Source: a virus. Taken from it: a stretch of 64,000 nt of DNA. The translations under genes were made by a program, and so were the position numbers. Shown here one piece after another: positions 30,631 through 39,276 of the stretch; the stretch's first letter is position 1, and each line of letters begins with the position of its first letter. The DNA lies in the IMG/VR virus record IMGVR_UViG_3300025073_000027, positions 32,001 to 96,000 of that record; one strand, given 5' to 3'. The notes beneath the pieces were generated by a model, which searched no databases, was not told the DNA's origin, and worked only from the letters and a program-made list of their open reading frames with translations.

Positions 30631-31662
30631 ATGGCAAATCAATTTTTAGTTAGTGTTGCAGATGCAATTGGGCGGGATGCTTCTACAGGCGATTTACTTT
30701 TTGTAGGTAAGGCAAATATATCTTCAAGTTTTACAATGTCCACCCAAAAGACTGAAGTGCGTGGTGGTATTGGTAATGCTATTTTGTATACTTATTATCA
30801 TGATAAGGCTTTGGAAGTTAAAATTGAAGCTGCTACATTCGAAAAATCATTACTTGCTTTAAATGCTGGAACTACGGTTGTAACTGGTAGCACTACTGTT
30901 GTAAAACAAGAATCTGTTACATTAGTTGCGGGTGTTGGTACTGTGACTGAAACTCCTACTGGTGGTAAAGTTAGTGTTTTACTTCCTGATGGAAGTATTC
31001 AGAATTTAACTCCAAATGGAAGTGAAATTACTGTTTCTGGTGGTGCTGCACAAACTGTAACTGCTATTTATGAATATACTGATACTGATGCACAATATGT
31101 AACTGGCTTTTCGACTTTACCTCCTACTGGCATTGATCTTACTTTAATTAGTGAAGTGCGAAATGCTGCTACAACTCTTGAATATTATTTTGTAATTAAT
31201 GTTCCGAACTTCAATGTTTCTGGTAACTATACAATGGCGTTGTCTGCCAATGGTGTTTCTCAGCAATCACTTGATGGTATGGCTGCTGTAACAACTGATG
31301 CGGCAGGAGATTATTATTTTAAAGCATATTGGATTCCTACTACTACAACTACCGCTGTTGCATATACTGATATTGCTGCAACTCCTTCGGTAATTACTTT
31401 TTCTGCTGCTGATCTTCCCGATACTCAGCAATTAAGTGTATTAGGCATTAAGGGTGGAATTTATGCAAATGTTAATATTACTACTTCATGTACTTTTGAG
31501 GTAACTTCTGGTTGTACGGATGTAATTTGGTCTGGTAGTACGGGTGTAATTAGTGCGTGTGCTACTGCTATTGAAAATGATGCTGCTGTGGTTGAGGTCT
31601 CATATTGGGACGTAACTAGCGGAAGTTTGAGCGACACCATGAATGTCGCAATTGGAGCATAA
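30631..31662 (+). CDS. major tail (tube) protein with C-terminal Ig-like domain
   Basis: EVRGGIGN motif; Thr/Ala-rich; strong SD; downstream hairpin. Confidence 0.75.
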   Translation: MANQFLVSVADAIGRDASTGDLLFVGKANISSSFTMSTQKTEVRGGIGNAILYTYYHDKALEVKIEAATFEKSLLALNAGTTVVTGSTTVVKQESVTLVAGVGTVTETPTGGKVSVLLPDGSIQNLTPNGSEITVSGGAAQTVTAIYEYTDTDAQYVTGFSTLPPTGIDLTLISEVRNAATTLEYYFVINVPNFNVSGNYTMALSANGVSQQSLDGMAAVTTDAAGDYYFKAYWIPTTTTTAVAYTDIAATPSVITFSAADLPDTQQLSVLGIKGGIYANVNITTSCTFEVTSGCTDVIWSGSTGVISACATAIENDAAVVEVSYWDVTSGSLSDTMNVAIGA

Positions 31663-31683
31663 TCATCAATATTGTTTTTTATA

Positions 31684-31711
31684 AAGTAGGAACATTTATT
31701 TGTTCCTACTT
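31684..31711 (+). terminator. hairpin after the major tail gene
   Basis: AAGTAGGAACA-tttatt-TGTTCCTACTT. Confidence 0.55.
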
Positions 31712-31740
31712 ATCAATTTTTATAAAAAGAGGTGGCATAT

Positions 31741-32196
31741 ATGACAGACGGTTATAATAGTTGCAACGCGCCTTGTATTTGGATAGAAAATTTATCGAAA
31801 AGAGTAGATAAAATGGAGGATACATTTGGTAATGTTAATAATAAAGTAATCGATATTGATAAAAGATATTCTCTTACTGAAATATTATTAGCTAAATTAG
31901 AAGCGGCATTTACCAATAATACAAATGCGATAATTAGTATTGAGAAGACTATGATATCGATGCAAAATGATATAAAAAATAATGCTTATACTACAATGCG
32001 AATTGAAAGAGAAGTAGGTGAAATAAAGGAAAAATTTGATGCGGCAGAAGAAGTAGCTAAATTAGATTTAAGAGTTGTTTTTAAAAGATTTATTGATAAT
32101 AAAGTTACTTGGATTTTAGGAGGGGGTATTACGATAGTTACTTTATTGGAATTATTAAGTCGTATAGATTGGGATAATTTATCTAAGGCTTTTTAA
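31741..32196 (+). CDS. coiled-coil protein with C-terminal TM segment (possible lysis accessory)
   Basis: GAGGT SD before ATG 31741; heptads then WILGGGITIVTLL. Confidence 0.5.
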   Translation: MTDGYNSCNAPCIWIENLSKRVDKMEDTFGNVNNKVIDIDKRYSLTEILLAKLEAAFTNNTNAIISIEKTMISMQNDIKNNAYTTMRIEREVGEIKEKFDAAEEVAKLDLRVVFKRFIDNKVTWILGGGITIVTLLELLSRIDWDNLSKAF

Positions 32197-32272
32197 TTAT
32201 TAAAATATTTAGAAATAATTATAAAATTATTAAATAAATTTTATTGAATTATAAATTATAAAAGGATAAGAT

Positions 32273-32866
32273 ATGTCTGAGGTAGAAGAAATAAAGTTAA
32301 ATAAATTGAATATTGTTTTTTCAGATCAAGAAAGTGAAGAATTTAAATTTCAGGGTAATATAATTATAGTAATTCCATATATATTTATTGGCGAAAAAAT
32401 AGGTTTAATTCGGGAATATATAAATAATTTATTTGATGAATTTGAATATGATTTAGCAAAAAGATATATGGTAGCAGAATATGCTTTAATCCTTCAACTT
32501 ATAGAAGGACAGACTAATGTTGAAACAGATAAATTAGATGTTGATAAATTAATATCATCTAAATTATGGGAACAAATTAAATCTAGATTATTGAATTATG
32601 ATGAATTTCGAGAAGAATTAAATCGAGTATTGGAATTACGACAAGCACAAGAAAGTTTAAATAAATCGGTTGGTACAATATTAGAACAAGTTTCTGTAAA
32701 AGCGATAGATCTTTTAAATAAAATAAGTGAAATGGATGTTGAAAATTTCAAAGATGTATCGGCTGAATTTTCTAAACAACTTGAAGTATTGAATGAAAAT
32801 TTACCTGGAATTACAAAAAAGGCTTCTGTTTCTACGCCAAAAAGAAAATATACAAAAAAATCTTAA
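32273..32866 (+). CDS. hypothetical protein (possible tail chaperone)
   Basis: ORF track; position. Confidence 0.5.
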   Translation: MSEVEEIKLNKLNIVFSDQESEEFKFQGNIIIVIPYIFIGEKIGLIREYINNLFDEFEYDLAKRYMVAEYALILQLIEGQTNVETDKLDVDKLISSKLWEQIKSRLLNYDEFREELNRVLELRQAQESLNKSVGTILEQVSVKAIDLLNKISEMDVENFKDVSAEFSKQLEVLNENLPGITKKASVSTPKRKYTKKS

Positions 32867-32876
32867 TAATAAATAA

Positions 32877-33092
32877 ATGGATACTTTGATGAATGACGAT
32901 GCTGTAAAGGTACTTAAAAAATTAAAGTACGAATGTCCCGATTGTGGGGAGAGGAAATTAATTGTAATAATGGTGAAAAAACCTCATAATGGCATTATTT
33001 ATACTGAAAAAATGATCATTTGCCAAGAATGCGATTATAGAACACCTTTCAAAAAAAAGAATGAGAAGAAATTAGAATTTGAAGATAATTGA
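32877..33092 (+). CDS. Zn-ribbon protein
   Basis: CPDC...CQEC. Confidence 0.6.
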   Translation: MDTLMNDDAVKVLKKLKYECPDCGERKLIVIMVKKPHNGIIYTEKMIICQECDYRTPFKKKNEKKLEFEDN

Positions 33093-33111
33093 TAGCAAGA
33101 GGAGGTAATTC

Positions 33112-33612
33112 ATGTTTGATAATGATGTTGCTCTAAATGCTGCAATTATGCAAGATTTGATTTCTATCGTTGATGTAGTTACTGATAAATTACATGAGGA
33201 ATTAAAGAAACTTATTAAAAAGATTGTCTATGATCCATATACTCCAAGAGAATATAATCGTCAAGGAAATAATGGAGGTCTATTGGATGAATGGGATAAA
33301 AAAGACCCCGTTGTGGCAGGTAATGTTGTTTATGCAGAAATATTTGAAGATCCTGCTCGTTTAAATGTTGATCCTGCTACTTTTGTACATGGTAGTAATT
33401 TTTGGATTATGAGTGATATAAGACAATTATTGGCAGAAATAGTTATTGAGGGTAAAAGTGGAAGTTTATTTGACTTTGGACAGCCGCCTCACTTTTGGAA
33501 AAGTCCTCGGAATTTCTGGATTGTATTTGTAAAATTATTGGGAGATGGAACAGTAGATAGGATGATTGAAATGGAAATGAAAAAAAAAGGTATTCCTTTT
33601 ATAAAATTATAA
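33112..33612 (+). CDS. putative tail completion/neck protein
   Basis: VY.PY.P..Y.R and PRNF motifs; GAGGAGGT SD. Confidence 0.5.
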   Translation: MFDNDVALNAAIMQDLISIVDVVTDKLHEELKKLIKKIVYDPYTPREYNRQGNNGGLLDEWDKKDPVVAGNVVYAEIFEDPARLNVDPATFVHGSNFWIMSDIRQLLAEIVIEGKSGSLFDFGQPPHFWKSPRNFWIVFVKLLGDGTVDRMIEMEMKKKGIPFIKL

Positions 33613-33623
33613 TTGATGGATTT

Positions 33624-33731
33624 AAGGGGCTAAATTGACGAATTGAAAAGATGTTTTATCACCTCAAACATCCTGCCCCTTTTAGATTTGATTTAAGAGG
33701 TGAGATAAATAATAATATAGAGGTGATAATA
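33624..33731 (+). promoter_or_regulatory. endonuclease-leader RNA element C
   Basis: P1 AAGGGGC/GCCCCTT; short P2 AATT/AATT; GAAAA; P3 GATGTTT/AAACATC; loop TATCACCTC is the exact complement of SD GAGGTGATA 33720-28; second match GAGGTGA 33697-703. Confidence 0.7.
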
Positions 33732-34469
33732 ATGAAGGATTTAATTGGAAAAAAATTTGGTAAATTAATTGTATTATCTAAAGTAGATAAACCAGTAAAC
33801 GCAAAATCTTATGGATCATATTGGTTATGCTTATGTAATTGCGGTAATAAAAAAGTAATTAAAGGAAAATATTTATTAAATGGGCATAGTAAAACGTGTG
33901 GATGTGAAAAAGGTAGAAAGCGTAAAGATATATCTGGAAAAAGATTTGGTAGATTACTGGCAATTAAAATAGATTATGTCGATAGGGTTAATGGAGCATA
34001 TTGGTTATGCAAATGTGATTGTGGAAATGAAAAAACAATCAGATTAACTAATCTTACTAGCGGTAACACTATTTCCTGCGGTTGTAAACAAAAAGAAAAT
34101 TATGAAAACCGTATAAATGCTTTAGAATATGGTGTTGCGGCATTCAATGAAATATATGCTAAATACCAAGAAGGAGCTAAAAAAAGAAATTTAGTGTTTG
34201 AATTAGATAAAGATTATTTTACATCTATTATTAATTTAAATTGTTATTATTGTGGATGCGAACCAAATCAAATACATAGGGGTAGTAGATGCAATGGATC
34301 ATATATCTATAATGGAATTGATCGAGTTGATAATTCTTTGGGATATATAATTGATAATTGCGTTCCTTGTTGCGGTAAATGCAATAGAATGAAAAGTTCG
34401 TTGTCGCAAGATGAATTTTTAAATTTAATTAAAAATATTTATTTGAATAAAATTGCTAATGAAAATTAA
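33732..34469 (+). CDS. free-standing HNH-type homing endonuclease
   Basis: Two GKxFGxL...WLCxCxCGN...SCGC modules; CYYCG, GIDRVDN, NCVPCC..CN..K; probable start ATG 33732. Confidence 0.85.
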   Translation: MKDLIGKKFGKLIVLSKVDKPVNAKSYGSYWLCLCNCGNKKVIKGKYLLNGHSKTCGCEKGRKRKDISGKRFGRLLAIKIDYVDRVNGAYWLCKCDCGNEKTIRLTNLTSGNTISCGCKQKENYENRINALEYGVAAFNEIYAKYQEGAKKRNLVFELDKDYFTSIINLNCYYCGCEPNQIHRGSRCNGSYIYNGIDRVDNSLGYIIDNCVPCCGKCNRMKSSLSQDEFLNLIKNIYLNKIANEN

Positions 34470-34510
34470 TATAATTTACTTTTATTTTAAGGAAGGAGAA
34501 TAATTAAATA

Positions 34511-34816
34511 ATGGAATTAAAAGAGTTTTTGCTTTGGCTGGCAACTGCGGGTGGATCAAGCATAGTGGCTAGTTTTATTTTAGAACGTATTCCTGGTTTT
34601 CAGAAATTAATTGCTGAGGCTAAACAATGGGTATATTTTGCCGTATGCGTAACTTTAAGTATTTCGAGTTATGCGGTTTTGAATTATGTACCAGTTGAAA
34701 TTTTACAGGCAGTAGCGCCTTATTTTGCTTTAATTGCTTCTGTGTTTGCATCTGTATTTGTTGGAACTACGTTTCATAATGTTGATAAGACAGAAAAAGA
34801 TGAAGGTGTGGGTTAA
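34511..34816 (+). CDS. putative holin
   Basis: 101 aa, three hydrophobic segments, charged C-terminus. Confidence 0.55.
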   Translation: MELKEFLLWLATAGGSSIVASFILERIPGFQKLIAEAKQWVYFAVCVTLSISSYAVLNYVPVEILQAVAPYFALIASVFASVFVGTTFHNVDKTEKDEGVG

Positions 34817-34840
34817 TATTTAACTGTCTCCCTCGGGGTT

Positions 34841-34886
34841 TGGAGTGTGTTTGGTAGATTTTCTATCAAGCGCACTCCATTTTTTT
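34841..34886 (+). terminator. rho-independent terminator
   Basis: 17-bp stem TGGAGTGTGTTTGGTAG/CTATCAAGCGCACTCCA followed by T7. Confidence 0.75.
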
Positions 34887-34931
34887 GAATTTATAAAAAT
34901 AGAAAATAAAAAATAAAAGGAAGATTTTATA

Positions 34932-35396
34932 ATGTATAGAAAAAAAACAATAAATTCTAAATTTAAAATAGATACCAGCGATAAGGGTAAGTTAAAACGT
35001 ACTTTTAATGGTGTTTTATATGATAGTGAAATGGAGATGAAATTCCATAAAGATTATCTTGTTCCATTATTAAAAAAAGGGAATATAAAAACTATAACAT
35101 TACAACCTAAATACATATTGCAAGATAAATTTAAGAAATATGGAAAAAGCATTTTGCCAATTAATTATGTGGCAGACTTCGAGGTTGAATGGTTAAATGG
35201 ATTAACTATTGTATATGATGTGAAAGGTTTACCTACCCCTGAGGCTAAAATGAAACGAAAAATGTTTGATTTTCGATATCCAGATAAGGTACTTCAATGG
35301 ATTGCTTTATCAAATATTGATGGTGGTTGGATTCAGTATGATGATCTAGTGAAGGCAAGAGCAAAGCGTAAGAAAGAAAAGAATTCTATAAAATAA
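34932..35396 (+). CDS. DUF1064-family putative endonuclease
   Basis: YDSEME, LQPKYIL, YVADF, DVKG, KRKMF. Confidence 0.8.
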   Translation: MYRKKTINSKFKIDTSDKGKLKRTFNGVLYDSEMEMKFHKDYLVPLLKKGNIKTITLQPKYILQDKFKKYGKSILPINYVADFEVEWLNGLTIVYDVKGLPTPEAKMKRKMFDFRYPDKVLQWIALSNIDGGWIQYDDLVKARAKRKKEKNSIK

Positions 35397-35411
35397 AAAA
35401 ATTGTTAAATA

Positions 35412-35440
35412 TTGACAAATTTTTATTTTAATGATAAAAT
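35412..35440 (+). promoter_or_regulatory. sigma70/sigmaA-type promoter with extended -10
   Basis: TTGACA-17 bp-TAAAAT with TG upstream of the -10. Confidence 0.7.
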
Positions 35441-35467
35441 TATTTACAATAATTGTAAATTTTGAAA

Positions 35468-36865
35468 ATGGAGAAATTAGTGAATTACAACAATATAAAA
35501 ACTTATTTAGATTGGAATTATAAAAGTAAAGATTTATATTCTTCTGGTTACGAAGAATATTACCCTTTTTTTAATCAATATAAAAAAGAAAAGTTTTTAA
35601 ATCTTTTAAATGAAGATCAATTGAAAGCAATTGATGATAACTATAATGTCTATCGAAGCGTCAATATTTTTCCAATTTTTTATTATACTGAAAATGGAAT
35701 ATTAGAAGAAATTAAAAAATGTTATAATCGAGATGTTGAATTTTCTGGAAATACATTAGATCTTAAATATAAACAGGGTAATACTTTACTAAAATTTTTG
35801 TTTCCTAATTTTCATAGATCTTCCTATGGACATAGAGAAAATCCAATTAATTCTTTTGATAAATTTTATAAAAATGGATGGCTTAAAGAAATTATTGCTT
35901 TTCAGTTAAAATATGATTCTGCTATACCGCTAAGACTTTTATCCACTATGAATTTATATAGACAAAGAACGCCTAATAATTTCAATCCGATGAAAGCAAA
36001 AGCATTATATGAGCGATATTGTCCTAAAGATGGAATAATATATGATTTTTCTTGTGGTTATGGCGGAAGAATGCTTGGTGCTTTAACGAGTAAAAATAAT
36101 TATAAATATATAGGCGTTGAACCAAATTCTGAAACATTTGACAATCTTTTGATTCTTGGAAATTTTATAGAAATATCATTGCAAAAATTAAATACATTTG
36201 ATATTTATAAAGATGTTAGTGAAAATTATATTGCCGAGAAAAATAGCATAGATTTTGCATTTAGCAGTCCCCCATATTTTGATTTAGAAAAATATTCTGA
36301 TGAAGATACTCAATGCTATATACGATATCCAGAAATAAATGAATGGTTTGAAAATTATGTAACACCTACAATAAATAATATTCATTATGGTTTAAAAGAT
36401 GATGCTTATTATGCTGTAAATATAGCTGATTTTAATGTACCTGGAATTGGAAGAATAAATTTAGTAGATCGTTGGACTGAAATATCTGAAAGAATTGGAT
36501 TTGATTTAGTTGATCATTTATATATGAAATTGAGTAATCGAGGTGGAAGAAGAAGAAGCGGAAAAACTGGTGGTTTCAATAAAAAAGAGGAAAGTATTTA
36601 TGTTTTTAAAAAAGTAGATAAGCATAATAGTAATAATTATAAAAACAGAAATATTCCCAAATATATTGAAGATAAAGTAAAAATATATAATGATTGTATT
36701 CAAACGGCAAATGATATGGAAAACGATATTATTGAATGGTACATAAAATATTCAAATAATTTAAATTTGGATAAATCAATTATTACACAAATATTAAAAA
36801 CTACTTCTGAATATAATAATTTAGAAGAAGCAATACATAAATTAAATAAATTATTAAAAGAATAA
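35468..36865 (+). CDS. amino-DNA methyltransferase (SPPY type)
   Basis: Motif I YDFSCGYGG; motif IV FSSPPYF; start TTG 35462 or ATG 35468. Confidence 0.8.
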   Translation: MEKLVNYNNIKTYLDWNYKSKDLYSSGYEEYYPFFNQYKKEKFLNLLNEDQLKAIDDNYNVYRSVNIFPIFYYTENGILEEIKKCYNRDVEFSGNTLDLKYKQGNTLLKFLFPNFHRSSYGHRENPINSFDKFYKNGWLKEIIAFQLKYDSAIPLRLLSTMNLYRQRTPNNFNPMKAKALYERYCPKDGIIYDFSCGYGGRMLGALTSKNNYKYIGVEPNSETFDNLLILGNFIEISLQKLNTFDIYKDVSENYIAEKNSIDFAFSSPPYFDLEKYSDEDTQCYIRYPEINEWFENYVTPTINNIHYGLKDDAYYAVNIADFNVPGIGRINLVDRWTEISERIGFDLVDHLYMKLSNRGGRRRSGKTGGFNKKEESIYVFKKVDKHNSNNYKNRNIPKYIEDKVKIYNDCIQTANDMENDIIEWYIKYSNNLNLDKSIITQILKTTSEYNNLEEAIHKLNKLLKE

Positions 36866-36887
36866 TCAATACTATTATTTATTTTAT

Positions 36888-36915
36888 AAGGAGCATTTTA
36901 TAAATGCTCCTTTTT
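36888..36915 (+). terminator. terminator after the MTase gene
   Basis: AAGGAGCATTT-tat-AAATGCTCCTT followed by T tract. Confidence 0.65.
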
Positions 36916-36933
36916 CATTATATGGAGAAATAT

Positions 36934-37953
36934 ATGCCAAGGAAAACATTTAAAAAAATAACAACTACGCCAGAATTAATCAACAGCATTAATTATAAAA
37001 ATAAATTATTGATGGAACGATTTTTAAGAGAAAAAAATGTTCGTTCTTCTGATAAAACTATTGTAAATTATCGTAGTCATTTGAATATATTTTTTGTTTG
37101 GAATTTACAATATAATTCAGATAAATTTTTTTGTGATATTAGGAAAATTGAATTTGCTGATTATTTTAATTTTGTAGTTAATGATTTGAATTGGGGTTCT
37201 GCTAGATTTAATGGCGGCAGATCATGTTTAAGTAGTTTATCGAGTTTTACTGAAAAATTTTTAGATGATGAATATCCTCAATTTAGAAATGTAATTTTAA
37301 AAGCGGTTGAATTAATGCCCAAATCTCCAACAAGAGAAAAAACAGTATTGTCGGAGGATCAAATAAATGGACTATTAAAATACTTATCTGATAATAATGA
37401 TATTCAAGAAGCATGTTGGTTAGCACTTGCTACTTCTTCAGGTGCTAGGTTTTCTGAATTGCTTAGATTTACTACTGATATTATTGATGAGAATAATACG
37501 GTGTTTGAAGGTATTTTTATTGAAACAACCAAAAAGATAAAAACTAAAGGTAGAACAAAAACAGGGAAGTTGCTTACAAAATATATTATAAAAGATTTGT
37601 TTTTATCTTATTATGATAAATGGTTATTGGAACGAGAAAAGATATTATTAGAAAAAGATTTAGATCATAATTATATATTTATAAAAAGGGATGGGACTCC
37701 CGCAGAAGAACATATAGTTAGAAGTTGGATTACCAAGTTTGAAAATTATTTAGGTGTTCCTTTTTATCCTCATGCGTTAAGACATTATCTTACCACTCAT
37801 CTTTTCAGAATAGGACTTCCAGCACAATTAATTAAGGAATTATTTGGATGGGAAAGTTTGGAAATGGCAAGTCTTTATAACGATATGGAAGCAAAAGATA
37901 TGAAATGGAACGAATTAGAAAAATTGAAAGAGCATTTAAATAACAAACAATAA
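36934..37953 (+). CDS. tyrosine recombinase (XerC/D-like; SPbeta YomM position)
   Basis: SGARFSE (R), KGR (K), PHALRH (HxxR), LFGW (W) and SLY (Y) all present; ATG 36934 after GGAG. Confidence 0.9.
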   Translation: MPRKTFKKITTTPELINSINYKNKLLMERFLREKNVRSSDKTIVNYRSHLNIFFVWNLQYNSDKFFCDIRKIEFADYFNFVVNDLNWGSARFNGGRSCLSSLSSFTEKFLDDEYPQFRNVILKAVELMPKSPTREKTVLSEDQINGLLKYLSDNNDIQEACWLALATSSGARFSELLRFTTDIIDENNTVFEGIFIETTKKIKTKGRTKTGKLLTKYIIKDLFLSYYDKWLLEREKILLEKDLDHNYIFIKRDGTPAEEHIVRSWITKFENYLGVPFYPHALRHYLTTHLFRIGLPAQLIKELFGWESLEMASLYNDMEAKDMKWNELEKLKEHLNNKQ

Positions 37954-37967
37954 AATATAAATTTTAT
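37950..37967. repeat. ATAAAA-N6-TTTTAT palindrome (spacer TATAAA) containing the recombinase stop codon
   Basis: TAA 37951-53 lies inside the left arm. Confidence 0.7.
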
Positions 37968-37977
37968 CGTGTTTTTA

Positions 37978-38026
37978 ACCCCCATATATAGACACTAATT
38001 TGATAGTACCCCCACATATAGGGGTA
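37978..38026. repeat. direct repeat pair ACCCCCAYATATAG, 30-bp period (NrdR-box-like)
   Basis: Copies at 37978-37991 and 38008-38021. Confidence 0.55.
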
Positions 38027-38083
38027 TATTTTTAATTTAAAGCCTCCTTTAGAGGCAAGAACGTAAGAAGGGAGGTGCGATGA

Positions 38084-39276
38084 ATGGCAAGCAAATATTC
38101 GGTTATAGTAGAAGCTTCAATTAAGGAATCGTCTATTCAAGCCCAATTAAATAACATTTCTAAAAATTATGTTTTTAATATTAAAGCAAAAATTGATTTG
38201 TCCGATATAGAAAATCAAATTAGAAATGTTTCTACTAAATTAGGTGAATTAAGAATGAAGGCAGAGCAGGGAGTAAAAACAAAAAGTGTCAAACCAATGA
38301 TTGACACTACTCAAGATCAAAAATCTCTCGATGCCTTATATGCAAAAATAGAGCAAATCAAATTAGCTACGGGCGCAAGTGCAATTAAATTTGATATTTT
38401 CACAGAAGTTGGTGAAGATGGAGAAAAAATTACTAAAGCATTATTGACTTACAACGATACTCTTGGGAATGTCAAAAAAGAAACATATCAGTGGGCTACT
38501 GTTACTAAGCAAGTAGGAATGGAAGCACAAGAAGTATCTGAATGGCTAAATACTGCTAATAAATATACAGATGATGGTACTAAAAAAGAACGACAAAGAC
38601 AATTGGAATTAAAGAAATCTGCTGATTTAGTTGCACGAATGAATCAACAAGCAGATTCGGCAATTGCTAAAACGGTTGGTAGAAATCAAAGAATTCCAGA
38701 AGTTCAAGAAGTAATTAAAGCCGCTAATGCATTGAAATTAGCAACTGCGGCTGGTAATACGGAAGAAATGGCAAGATTAAATAATGAACTTAAAAATTCT
38801 GTTACTCGAATGGGTAATTTAGGAAAAGAAACATTATCTGTTAGTAATATGCTTTCTACCGCTATTAAAAAGGTTGCAATTTGGGCAGTTGGCACAACTG
38901 CTATTTATGGAACAATTAGAGCAATTAAACAGATGATTGAAGTTGTAAAACAGTTGGATACTTCTCTTGTTGAATTGCAAAAAGTTAGTGATCTTTCAGG
39001 TGCATCTTTACGCGCTTTTACAGATGAAGCATTTAGAATGGGGGAAAAAGTTGGTAAAACGGGTAAAGAAGCGATAGATGCTACTACGGAATTTGTTCGT
39101 GCTGGTTATGATGTATCAGAAGCATTAAAAATGGGTGAAGCGGCATTGATAATGACAAATGTTGCTGAAGGGATTGATAATGCTACAGAAGCCACAAGTG
39201 CATTAATTGCTGTGTTGAGAGGTTTCAATATGGAAGCGGATCAAACACAAAAAATTGTCGATGTGATAAATGAGGT
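38084..39276 (+). CDS. tail tape measure protein, exon 1
   Basis: TP901-type core (LDTSLVELQKV...DVINEV) broken at GAGGT; joins exon 2 in frame. Confidence 0.85.

Noticed and set aside
34841-34907. Hairpin loop ATTTTCTAT complementary to downstream ATAGAAAAT before DUF1064, a possible fourth leader element
   Set aside because: The match is almost all A/T in an AT-rich region, is not the SD, and lacks the TGAAAAG junction; a plain terminator explains it
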